From an uncultured virus (IMG/VR IMGVR_UViG_3300032019_000120) (Duplodnaviria > Heunggongvirae > Uroviricota > Caudoviricetes): a stretch of 64,000 bases of DNA. The stretch is from the IMG/VR virus record IMGVR_UViG_3300032019_000120; one strand, given 5' to 3'. Position numbers and translations under genes: made by a program. This document shows, one piece after another, positions 55,996 to 64,000 of this stretch. Under the pieces are notes generated by a model that was not told the origin of the DNA, did no database searches, and was given only the letters and a program-made list of their open reading frames with translations. Numbering within the stretch: the first letter of the stretch is position 1; each line of letters opens with the position of its first letter.

Positions 55996-56445
55996 ATGTT
56001 AAATATTGAAGAAATACTGAAGATGTGGAAAGAAGACTCGACTATCGATGAGTTCCAACTAGACCAAGCTACTATAAAGATAGCTAAACTTCATTCCAAA
56101 TACCTTGAGCTTATTACATATACTAAGATCCGTAGAAAGAAAAAGGACTTGGATTTTAAAAAGTTATTAAAGGATAAGTGGCTATATTATAATGGCAAGT
56201 TATCACGGGAAGAGATAGATTTAAAAGAGTGGCAATATGATCCATTCGGTGGATTAAACAAACCACTGAAAGGTGACATGAATTACTACTATGATGCTGA
56301 TGATGATATACAAAAAGCGCAGGCAGAGCTTGAATACTTCAAAGTCTTAGAAGAGACATTAAAAGAGATTATAGATACTATAAGGTGGAGACACCAATCA
56401 ATTGGTAATATAATTAAATGGAGGAGTTTTGAAGCAGGCGTGTGA
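55996..56445 (+). CDS. uvsY: Recombination mediator UvsY
   Basis: W..DS.ID, LHSKYL, KWLYY.GK, Y.DAD.DI, I.N.I.WR.F.AG. Confidence 0.9.
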   Translation: MLNIEEILKMWKEDSTIDEFQLDQATIKIAKLHSKYLELITYTKIRRKKKDLDFKKLLKDKWLYYNGKLSREEIDLKEWQYDPFGGLNKPLKGDMNYYYDADDDIQKAQAELEYFKVLEETLKEIIDTIRWRHQSIGNIIKWRSFEAGV

Positions 56446-57943
56446 ATTAAAGATTGGTGTAAAAAATAATACATACCTTACAGTTGATTCAAATGACAAG
56501 GGAGTATTACACGAGCTGTCTGAGTTTTTTACTTTCTTAGTGCCAGGGTATAAGTATATGCCTGCATTTAAGAACAAGTTGTGGGATGGTAAGGTTCGAC
56601 TTTTGGATATGAGGTCCCAGCAAATATACTCTGGGTTATATGGATACATAAAGGAATTTTGTGAAGAAAGAAGTATATCGATCATACTTGACGATGGTAA
56701 TAGCAGTTACTACAGCCTACCTAACACTGTCTTCGATTCTACTGTGGATTTCGCAACTACTTATTGCCTTACATCTAAAGGTAAAGAAATATCAATACGT
56801 GACTATCAGGCGCAGGCACTCGATTACGCGCTCAGAGAGAGAAGAGGCCTCTTAATTAGTCCTACCGCTTCTGGTAAATCATTAATCATATATCTGCTAA
56901 TTAGATACTTCTTAGAACATGAGAATGATAAAGTTCTTCTAATTGTCCCTACTACATCCCTAGTAAAACAAATGACTGGTGACTTTGCTGACTACTCTGA
57001 GTTTGATGATACCTTCGATGCTGATGAGATGTGTCATGAAATTATGGCTGGAAAGGATAAAGGACATAAGACAAAGAAGATATACGTATCCACTTGGCAA
57101 TCTATCTATAAAATGTCATCTCAATACTTCCAGCAATTTGGAATGGTGATTGGTGATGAAGCTCATAACTTTAAAGCTAAATCATTGACATCCATTCTAA
57201 CAAAGTGTACAGAAGCAAGATATCGATTCGGATTAACTGGAACATTAGACGGAACACAAACACACAAGTTAGTGCTTGAAGGTTTATTCGGGCCAGTAAA
57301 GAATATTGTCAATACCGCTACCTTAATGGAACAAGGCAATCTAGCTGCGATGGACATCGACATTGTATTACTAAAGCATCCTACAGAAATGTGTAAATTA
57401 GTTAATAAGATGAAGTATCATGATGAGATAGATCACATTGTATCATATGTTCCAAGGAACACATTCATTAAAAATCTTGCTTTAGACCAAGATGGAAACA
57501 CATTAATACTATTCCAATTTGTAGAGAAGCATGGTGTACCTTTGTTTAGAATGATACAAGAAGCAGCTCATAAAAATCGAAAAGTTTTCTTTGTGTCTGG
57601 TAATACAGATGCTGAGACTAGAGAGAATATTAGAGCTATAACTGAGACTCAAAACAATGCTATATTAGTATGTTCGTTTGGTACATTCTCTACTGGTATC
57701 AATATTAGAAATCTTCATAATATTATCTTTGCTAGCCCATCGAAAAGTCAGATTAGAATCTTACAATCAATAGGAAGAGGATTAAGGGTATCTGAAGATG
57801 GAAGACAAACTAAAATATATGACATAGCTGACGACTTGCATTGGAGACGAAGAAAGAACTATACTCTAAAGCATGCTGGTGAACGCATAAGAATATATGC
57901 TAAGGAAAAGTTTGAGTTCCGTATCCACGAAGTTGATATTTGA
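56429..57943 (+). CDS. uvsW: DNA helicase UvsW
   Basis: WDGK.RL, SPTASGKS, STWQS, GDEAH, GLTGT, QSIGRGLR. Confidence 0.96.
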   Translation: MKQACELKIGVKNNTYLTVDSNDKGVLHELSEFFTFLVPGYKYMPAFKNKLWDGKVRLLDMRSQQIYSGLYGYIKEFCEERSISIILDDGNSSYYSLPNTVFDSTVDFATTYCLTSKGKEISIRDYQAQALDYALRERRGLLISPTASGKSLIIYLLIRYFLEHENDKVLLIVPTTSLVKQMTGDFADYSEFDDTFDADEMCHEIMAGKDKGHKTKKIYVSTWQSIYKMSSQYFQQFGMVIGDEAHNFKAKSLTSILTKCTEARYRFGLTGTLDGTQTHKLVLEGLFGPVKNIVNTATLMEQGNLAAMDIDIVLLKHPTEMCKLVNKMKYHDEIDHIVSYVPRNTFIKNLALDQDGNTLILFQFVEKHGVPLFRMIQEAAHKNRKVFFVSGNTDAETRENIRAITETQNNAILVCSFGTFSTGINIRNLHNIIFASPSKSQIRILQSIGRGLRVSEDGRQTKIYDIADDLHWRRRKNYTLKHAGERIRIYAKEKFEFRIHEVDI

Positions 57944-58041
57944 TAAATAACTATAAGAGGCTTGCCTCTAGGGCCTTCAATTTCGCGTTATTTACGTTGG
58001 CCCGACTACAGATTCCCACAACATGAGAAGACGATAAAATT

Positions 58042-58377
58042 ATGATGGATGCAACAGTGAAAGACAAGTTAGATGCTATTCCAGTCAAGTACTTTAAATT
58101 GATGAATGGAGATTCGATAATTTCTTTTTGTCATGAGGACCTTGATAGAGATATGATTGGGTTAGAGATTCCAATGAAGGTAACTACAGATGAAGATCAA
58201 CAGTTTCTTCTAAGTCCATATATGCCTTTTGCTCAAGATAACTTACATCTTATAGATAGATATAATGTATTGATTGAATCTAATGTTGATGCAGAGGTAA
58301 AAGCTCATTACATTAAACTAGCAATAGATGATGGTGTATATGGATATGATGAATCTGATAGTAAGTTATTCCATTAA
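58042..58377 (+). CDS. Hypothetical protein between uvsW and gp55 (Sm-like fold candidate)
   Basis: KYFKLMNGDSII, L.PYMPF; position typical of marine T4-like genomes. Confidence 0.6.
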   Translation: MMDATVKDKLDAIPVKYFKLMNGDSIISFCHEDLDRDMIGLEIPMKVTTDEDQQFLLSPYMPFAQDNLHLIDRYNVLIESNVDAEVKAHYIKLAIDDGVYGYDESDSKLFH

Positions 58378-58410
58378 CCCCCCTTATCCAGCCTTCCCGG
58401 CCACATTATT

Positions 58411-58443
58411 ATTATACACTATAAATACTTAAAAGTCAACAGT
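58411..58443 (-). promoter_or_regulatory. Sigma70-type promoter pointing leftward (antisense)
   Basis: Minus strand reads ACTG-TTGACT-N17-TATAAT; its spacer overlaps a + strand TATAAATA at 58420-58427. Confidence 0.7.
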
Positions 58444-58477
58444 TTTAAGTAAATAATAATAAAATAATCAAATACTG

Positions 58478-58506
58478 TTGTCTTATGCGCCCAAATGGTG
58501 TATAAT
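58478..58506 (+). promoter_or_regulatory. Sigma70-type promoter for gp55
   Basis: ACTG-TTGTCT-N17-TATAAT with AT-rich upstream element. Confidence 0.7.
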
Positions 58507-58536
58507 AAGTATAATTAAACAATAAAGTGACATATT

Positions 58537-59109
58537 ATGACTGAGAAAATTAAACCTAGAGATAAGCCCCACTATGTTAATAACAGAGATTTCTCTTATG
58601 CTGTAGTGGATTATGTAAAGGCATGTGAAGTTGCAGGTGAGGAAGGCCGAAAGTCTCCAGTAGTTACAGACTACATTGCTACATGCTTCATGAAGATTTG
58701 TGAAGGATTATCACATAAACCTAACTTTGTACGATACACATACAGAGATGAAATGGTTATGGATGGTGTAGAGAATTGTCTTAAAGCTATTCACAATTAC
58801 AATATTGATGCAGCTACCAGAACAGGTAAACCTAACGCATTCTCATACTTCACCCAAATAGCTTACTTCGCTTTTATTAGACGAATTACTAAAGAGAAGA
58901 AACAAGCAGATATCAAATATAAGTTTATGGAGCAGGCTGATATCGAAAGCCTAATAGCTGGTACGGACAGTTACAGTCAAATTGACCAAAGCTTTGTGGA
59001 TGTTCTTAGAAATAAGATTTTGCAAATCAAGGTGAGTGATGATGCTGTTAAGAAGTTTGCTCAAGATGAGAAGTCTAAGAAGAAAAAAGGATTGGAATTA
59101 TTCTTATGA
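58537..59109 (+). CDS. gp55: Late-transcription sigma factor gp55
   Basis: HYVNN..F, YIA.CF.KI.EGLS.KPNF..YTYR.EM..DG.ENC, NAFSYFTQI.Y.AF.RRI.KEKKQ. Confidence 0.97.
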   Translation: MTEKIKPRDKPHYVNNRDFSYAVVDYVKACEVAGEEGRKSPVVTDYIATCFMKICEGLSHKPNFVRYTYRDEMVMDGVENCLKAIHNYNIDAATRTGKPNAFSYFTQIAYFAFIRRITKEKKQADIKYKFMEQADIESLIAGTDSYSQIDQSFVDVLRNKILQIKVSDDAVKKFAQDEKSKKKKGLELFL

Positions 59110-59891
59110 GGAACGTGTACGGAATGATGTGGAAGGAAATACTCATTGTAGGATTTGGTGTTGTAGGAAAGGCAGTGCACGATGGCATCAAGGGTTCTCA
59201 TTTATGTGATATAATGGATCCCCCCTTAGGCTGGTATAATGATGACTATACTAAATACGATGGCATTATATTATGTGTCCCAACTCCTGAGACTGATGAT
59301 GGACAATGTGATGTGTCATTGGTAAAAAAGTACTTAGGTGACATAAGAAGGGTATCTAAGACGGTTCCCATTTTACTAAAAAGTACTACTACAATCGATG
59401 CTATTCCTGATGATGATTATCTAACAGTCAATCCTGAATTCTTAACCGAAGCTAACTCATCTAAAGATTTTAAAAATCAGAAGTTTGCCTTCTTTGGAGG
59501 TGACCCCGAACTTTCTGATATGTGGTATAATGTAATAACTAAGGGTGATGTAACTATTGATAAGGTTATGTTTACAACGAGAAAAAATGCTATGCTTGCT
59601 AAGTATGTCATCAACACATTTCTTGCAACCAAGATTTCCTATTTCAACGACTTGTATAATATGATAGGTTCAGACTTTGATGAAGTAGTACGATTAGCAT
59701 CACAAGATGAACGCTTAGGTAATTCTCATATGCAAGTTCCGGGACCTGATGGTAAGTTAGGATTTGGTGGTATGTGTTTCCCTAAGGACACAAAAGCGTT
59801 TATAGCTTACGCTAACGATAATGGAAAATCTCTTCCTGTTTTAGAAGCTGCAGTAGAATGCAATAAAAACCAAAGAATGAAAAAGTTATAA
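59106..59891 (+). CDS. UDP-glucose/GDP-mannose dehydrogenase-family protein (short form)
   Basis: IVGFGVVG, CVPTP, KST, NPEFL, KY..N.FLA.KISYFN, GFGGMCFPKD. Confidence 0.9.
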   Translation: MRNVYGMMWKEILIVGFGVVGKAVHDGIKGSHLCDIMDPPLGWYNDDYTKYDGIILCVPTPETDDGQCDVSLVKKYLGDIRRVSKTVPILLKSTTTIDAIPDDDYLTVNPEFLTEANSSKDFKNQKFAFFGGDPELSDMWYNVITKGDVTIDKVMFTTRKNAMLAKYVINTFLATKISYFNDLYNMIGSDFDEVVRLASQDERLGNSHMQVPGPDGKLGFGGMCFPKDTKAFIAYANDNGKSLPVLEAAVECNKNQRMKKL

Positions 59892-59894
59892 ATA
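59887..59894 (+). promoter_or_regulatory. T4-type late promoter
   Basis: TATAAATA overlapping the stop codon, upstream of the envelope gene run. Confidence 0.65.
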
Positions 59895-59960
59895 ATAACA
59901 CGAGTGAGTGTTTTTAGATATTTTATGTTATGATAGATTAAATTAATATAGGATATGTAA

Positions 59961-60788
59961 ATGTTTAGATCATTTTTAAGTGAGACGAAGTGGCTTTTAA
60001 TAACTATTTTGACCATCACAGCTGTGTTGCTCGGCAACATTTTTTACTTTACGTGGCAACAGAATAAACTAGAAGCGGATACAGCTGGTATTCCAGACCA
60101 GGTTTGGAACCCAGAACTAAACGTTGCATCAGTCGACCCACCAGGGTTAGAATTCAAACAAGTAGCCCCTAAACTATACACATTAACCGGCACAGTCCGG
60201 GTAGGCGATTGTGAAAAGATTGTCCCATTAATGCCCACAACAGAACCCTTTGCAGTCATATTAGAATCACCAGGAGGCTCTCTCTTCGATGGTGGTTGTA
60301 TCGCATCTCATTTTAAAGCACGAAATGTCGTTACGGTTGTAAGAGATACTCCAGTTATAGATGAAGAGGGAAATGTTATATATGAGCCAGGATTGATAGA
60401 CGAGGATGATGTGAATAACGGTAAAGTTGTTTGTGCTTCTTCATGTTCATTAATGTTCCTTGGCGGAGATAGACGGTACTTGATAGGAGATGTCTACTTC
60501 GGTATTCATGCACCGAGAACACCGAGTGAAGCGTTAGGAGGAATAACGAAAAATGCTTTAGAAGCAGATGCGTATAGAACTTCAGCAGCATTAATAAACT
60601 TGTTAGCGCATTTAGGTATGACAAATGAGAAGTTAAGACTGTTGTTTATCCAAGTTCCTTCAGCTTCCATGTATTGGTTAAATCCAGCTGATTGGGAGGA
60701 TTTTCCAGAATTACAACTACTAGCAACACATTACTTAAACTTCCATGGTTACTCGGGTGTTAATGTAATTGCTGTTGGCACAGAATAA
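59961..60788 (+). CDS. Membrane-anchored ClpP/crotonase-fold protein
   Basis: N-terminal TM; LESPGGSL..G, CASSCSLMFLGG.RR, GIHAP. Confidence 0.7.
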   Translation: MFRSFLSETKWLLITILTITAVLLGNIFYFTWQQNKLEADTAGIPDQVWNPELNVASVDPPGLEFKQVAPKLYTLTGTVRVGDCEKIVPLMPTTEPFAVILESPGGSLFDGGCIASHFKARNVVTVVRDTPVIDEEGNVIYEPGLIDEDDVNNGKVVCASSCSLMFLGGDRRYLIGDVYFGIHAPRTPSEALGGITKNALEADAYRTSAALINLLAHLGMTNEKLRLLFIQVPSASMYWLNPADWEDFPELQLLATHYLNFHGYSGVNVIAVGTE

Positions 60789-60797
60789 GGAAATATT

Positions 60798-61823
60798 ATG
60801 TTAAAATCATTTTTTTGGAGCAGCGACAGAGCCTTTTATGCTTGGGCAATGTTATCACTACTTTTGATAATGTCTTGGTACACAGTAGAGATATTAGTTT
60901 TTTATAACGCATGGAATAAAGAGATATACGATGCAATTCAATCGTTGCAAGAGGATAGATTCTGGACGTTATTCTTAGGATTCGATCTAACTCGATTTAC
61001 AGACTTTGTTCTTCTTAAAGAAGACACCTTGCCCTCATTTGTTGAGATTATTACCCTCTATACTCCAATAGCAGTATACGGTTCTTGGCAGACAGCAAGG
61101 TATTGTTTCAATTGGAGAGAGTCTAATACGTACCACTACTTAAAGAGGTGGGAGGTTTCGCCTGCTAAGATTGAGGGTGGAAGTCAGCGTATTCAAGAAG
61201 ACTTAATGATATTCGGTAGAACACTTCAAGGATTATTTACTGGATTCTTCTCTGCTATTTTAGTTTTATTTGCTTTCCTTCCTATTCTATGGGATTTATC
61301 TGAGGGACTTCCAATTTGGAATGGAGAAATTGTTCCAGGATTCTTAGTATGGGTAGCACTTGGTGTATCAATAGGTGGTACATTAATATCATTAATTCTA
61401 GGTTGGAAACTACCTAAACTTGAATACAATAATCAAGTGGTGGAAGCTAAGTTTAGAAAGCAATTAGTATATTCAGAAGACGACTTCTCTATGAGGGCAA
61501 CAGATGTACTATTCCCTATGTTCTCAAATGTTAAGAAGAATTATTACCGATTGTTTAATTGGTACATGGGTTTTGGTGTTTGGCAAACAGCATTTAGTTT
61601 ATGTGTTGGTAATGTGGCGCTAATCGTATTAGCGCCAGCTTACTTTGACCAACTGATTACACTTGGAGTTCTATTCCAAGTACTAAACGCTTTCGGACGC
61701 GTAGAAAGTTCGATGGGTTACTTTATCGACCGATGGACCACAATTGTGGACTTCTTATCAGTCATCCGTCGTATCCGTGAATTTAACATAGCTTTGGACG
61801 AAGCAGAACGTAAGAAGAGTTAA
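60798..61823 (+). CDS. sbmA: SbmA/BacA-family peptide transporter
   Basis: N.WN...YD.IQ, F.WR.....Y, IEGGSQRIQED, F.PILW.LS, LEYNNQVVEA.FRK.LV..ED, Q..NAFGRV. Confidence 0.88.
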   Translation: MLKSFFWSSDRAFYAWAMLSLLLIMSWYTVEILVFYNAWNKEIYDAIQSLQEDRFWTLFLGFDLTRFTDFVLLKEDTLPSFVEIITLYTPIAVYGSWQTARYCFNWRESNTYHYLKRWEVSPAKIEGGSQRIQEDLMIFGRTLQGLFTGFFSAILVLFAFLPILWDLSEGLPIWNGEIVPGFLVWVALGVSIGGTLISLILGWKLPKLEYNNQVVEAKFRKQLVYSEDDFSMRATDVLFPMFSNVKKNYYRLFNWYMGFGVWQTAFSLCVGNVALIVLAPAYFDQLITLGVLFQVLNAFGRVESSMGYFIDRWTTIVDFLSVIRRIREFNIALDEAERKKS

Positions 61824-61824
61824 C

Positions 61825-62325
61825 ATGAAAAATAAAACGTTACTCAGGTGGTGGTTGTTCACTACAATCACCACCATAGGGGTATGGCCACTATGGCATT
61901 ATGGAGTATTCCAAGATATATATCATGCTGATGTAACACAAATCAGTATGGCGATTTATGGTGTATTTTTATTAGGTATGGGTATAACAGGGGTAGCAGC
62001 ATACCGAACAGCCGTATCCATTGATAGGGGGTATAATAGGCTTACTAGAAACATTATAGACTTGGGATGGTTCCTATCTGAAACTATGATGGTGTTAGGA
62101 CTCATTGGTACTGTAGCAGGTATGATTTACCTGTTTGGTCAAATCTTTGTGAATATAGACCCCAACGATCCGAACGACTTGAAGGAGGCTTTAAGTCATA
62201 TGGCGTCTGGATTATCAACAGCAATGTATACTACAATTGTTGGTATGGTAGGTGCTTTAATTACGAAATGTCAGTTAATGAACATCGACTTTGACCAACC
62301 TCGGAGTAGTAGTGGACAAGGCTAA
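61825..62325 (+). CDS. MotA/TolQ/ExbB proton-channel family protein
   Basis: LGLIGTVAGMI...GLSTAMYTTIVG. Confidence 0.8.
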   Translation: MKNKTLLRWWLFTTITTIGVWPLWHYGVFQDIYHADVTQISMAIYGVFLLGMGITGVAAYRTAVSIDRGYNRLTRNIIDLGWFLSETMMVLGLIGTVAGMIYLFGQIFVNIDPNDPNDLKEALSHMASGLSTAMYTTIVGMVGALITKCQLMNIDFDQPRSSSGQG

Positions 62326-62995
62326 GTTTAAAGGTATAACAGGATTTTTAGATATGCTCTGGATTCTCTTAGCAGGATTCGGAGCAATGTTTATTATTGC
62401 CTACTTACTTATTCAACCACCTGCAAAAACAGCAGATGTAATTAAACGAGCTGACTATATTATTGTATTAGAATGGGATCCAAATTCAACAGATGATATA
62501 GACTTGTGGGTTCAAGATCCAAATGGAGCTATAGTAAGTTTTAGAAATAAGAGCAACGGACTTATGCATTTAGAAAAGGATGATTTAGGAGCAACTAATG
62601 ATACCTTTGTTGATGAATATGGAAACAGAACTACTTTAAAAATTAACAGAGAGATAGTAACAATTCGTGGAGTAGTCCCTGGTGATTATCAAGTTATGAT
62701 TCACATATACTCTAGAACATATGAAGAAGGTGGGGTAAAATCCCATGAGAGTCCATTCTCAGTAGAGGTTATTAAAATCGACCCATATGATATAAAGGTG
62801 AGAGTGGAAGGGAAGTATACTCTGAAAGGCTCTGAGATTGGTATAGTTAGATTCACTGTGAATAGTGCCGCCGATTTTATTACTTATAATAATCATGTAA
62901 CTAGTTTTATAGGAGCAAATTTAATACGAACCACAACCCCTAATCCAAATCGCAATGTATCTTTATCATCGTATGAAGAAGGTATAACTAGATGA
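62291..62995 (+). CDS. ExbD/MotB-like single-TM partner with YfaP-like soluble domain
   Basis: GFLDMLWILL (Asp in TM); W...DIDLWVQDPNG, LEKDD.G, NRE; start uncertain. Confidence 0.55.
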   Translation: MTNLGVVVDKAKFKGITGFLDMLWILLAGFGAMFIIAYLLIQPPAKTADVIKRADYIIVLEWDPNSTDDIDLWVQDPNGAIVSFRNKSNGLMHLEKDDLGATNDTFVDEYGNRTTLKINREIVTIRGVVPGDYQVMIHIYSRTYEEGGVKSHESPFSVEVIKIDPYDIKVRVEGKYTLKGSEIGIVRFTVNSAADFITYNNHVTSFIGANLIRTTTPNPNRNVSLSSYEEGITR

Positions 62996-63474
62996 TGTTA
63001 GATGCTGACGCAATCAAATTAGTATTAGTAATATCATTATTCTTACTAATGGGGTTCTCTTTATTGGTTGCTATAAAATATAGTAGGTCGAATAATTGGC
63101 TATACTTTATGATTCCAATAATATTAATGTTGTCTATTAGCACTAAAACTGGAATGGATCGAATAATGGGATATCCATTAATAGCTAACACAACTGAACA
63201 CCACGTATATATACATCACATGGTAGGTATTAATAAGGAGTGGATTTACGTATGGGCCATTGAACATAAAATATCACCAGAACCGCGTTCATATAAGATT
63301 GAATACACGAAGAAAAGAGAAAAACAATTGGCAGAAGCTAAACAAGCCCAAAACCAAGGTATTCCACAAGGAATATTATTACCACCACAATTGGAAGGGC
63401 CTGAGTCATCAGAGTCCCAAGATGAGACTTTACAACTTTACAACTTTAATAGACTAGAAGGGTATGAAAAATAA
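62992..63474 (+). CDS. Two-TM hypothetical protein
   Basis: Two N-terminal helices, GYP, IYVW, EPRSY; coupled to the previous gene. Confidence 0.6.
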   Translation: MMLDADAIKLVLVISLFLLMGFSLLVAIKYSRSNNWLYFMIPIILMLSISTKTGMDRIMGYPLIANTTEHHVYIHHMVGINKEWIYVWAIEHKISPEPRSYKIEYTKKREKQLAEAKQAQNQGIPQGILLPPQLEGPESSESQDETLQLYNFNRLEGYEK

Positions 63475-63475
63475 A

Positions 63476-64000
63476 ATGAGTGACACAAAAGTAGAAAATG
63501 GGCCGATGAATCCGGCCGAAGCTATTCCACCAAAGATGGATTTACATCTAAACGGAATGATGGTGTTCATGGGTGACGTAACTATGGAAAGTATGGGTCC
63601 CGTAATCGAGTGGATCCTAGCAGCTAACATGAAGGTTAATAAGCCTAGTGAACTTACTTTAGGAGTATGTTCGAGGGGAGGCGATTTAAACGCCTGCTTT
63701 GCTTTGGTTGATGTTATGAGAGCATCCTCTATTCCTATTCGAACGATCGGATTGGGTATGATTGCTTCATGTGGTCTTCTAATCTTTATCTCAGGCGAGA
63801 AAGGTAGAAGGATTCTAACACCAAACACAGCAATCCTATCTCATCAATATTCTTGGGGTTCACAAGGAAAGGAACACGAGTTGTTCGCAAGAGTTAAAGA
63901 GATGGAACTTACAACTAAACGATTAATTGATCATTATAAAAAAGTGACTGGATTAACAGAGAAACAAATCAGACAACATTTATTACCACCACATGATGTG
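63476..64000 (+). CDS. clpP: ClpP-family protease subunit, 3'-truncated by window edge (not in ORF track)
   Basis: Hand-translated: CSRGGDL...FALVDVM, IRTIGLGMIASCGLLI..SGEKG.R..TPNT.ILSHQ; start may be 63464. Confidence 0.88.
   Translation, partial: MSDTKVENGPMNPAEAIPPKMDLHLNGMMVFMGDVTMESMGPVIEWILAANMKVNKPSELTLGVCSRGGDLNACFALVDVMRASSIPIRTIGLGMIASCGLLIFISGEKGRRILTPNTAILSHQYSWGSQGKEHELFARVKEMELTTKRLIDHYKKVTGLTEKQIRQHLLPPHDV

Noticed and set aside
43214..59109. Introns, inteins or homing endonucleases in core genes
   Set aside because: gp17, gp18, gp20, gp23 and UvsW are contiguous and of ordinary or compact length; no endonuclease motifs recognised.
59897..59915. Weak hairpin AACAC-GAGTGA-GTGTT followed by Ts as a terminator
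   Set aside because: Five-bp AT-rich stem immediately downstream of a late box; too weak to call.
1..64000. Stop-codon reassignment or selenocysteine read-through
   Set aside because: Core genes are full length in the standard code, and TAA, TAG and TGA all end genes with tight coupling to the next start.
1..64000. tRNA or rRNA genes
   Set aside because: Intergenic gaps are short and none showed a cloverleaf or T-loop consensus by eye; tRNAscan-SE would be decisive.

Overview
A 64-kb segment of an AT-rich T4-like (myovirus-type) phage genome read in the standard code, almost all on the + strand. (1) 1-2.5 kb: 3' end of a repeat-rich tail-fibre gene. (2) 2.5-26.3 kb: a ~24-kb enzyme island with gp55-type late promoters (TATAAATA). 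It holds a TctA/TctC-like transporter pair, 7 radical-SAM enzymes plus a free SPASM domain, 3 QueC-like PP-loop ATPases, a PLP-enzyme/dioxygenase fusion, 3 further Fe(II)/2OG-type dioxygenases, 2 adenylation enzymes, and methyl-, glycosyl-, acetyl- and sulfotransferase-like genes. (3) 26.4-29.5 kb: small membrane proteins, then four tiny proteins with T4 capsid-targeting-like N-termini. (4) 29.5-43.2 kb: a candidate injected-effector locus with a PAAR (gp5.4-like)-metallopeptidase fusion, zincin paralogues, a ~1980-aa protein with GNAT-like and ADP-ribosyltransferase-like motifs, and a transglycosylase-like domain. (5) 43.2-59.1 kb: canonical T4 core genes (gp13-23, gp3, uvsY, uvsW, gp55). (6) 59.1-64 kb: an envelope/protease island (UDP-sugar dehydrogenase, ClpP-fold protein, SbmA/BacA, ExbB/ExbD-like pair, ClpP). 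All calls are motif recognition by eye; no searches were run. The strongest candidates for undescribed systems are the late-expressed radical-SAM/QueC island and the PAAR-zincin/polyvalent effector locus.
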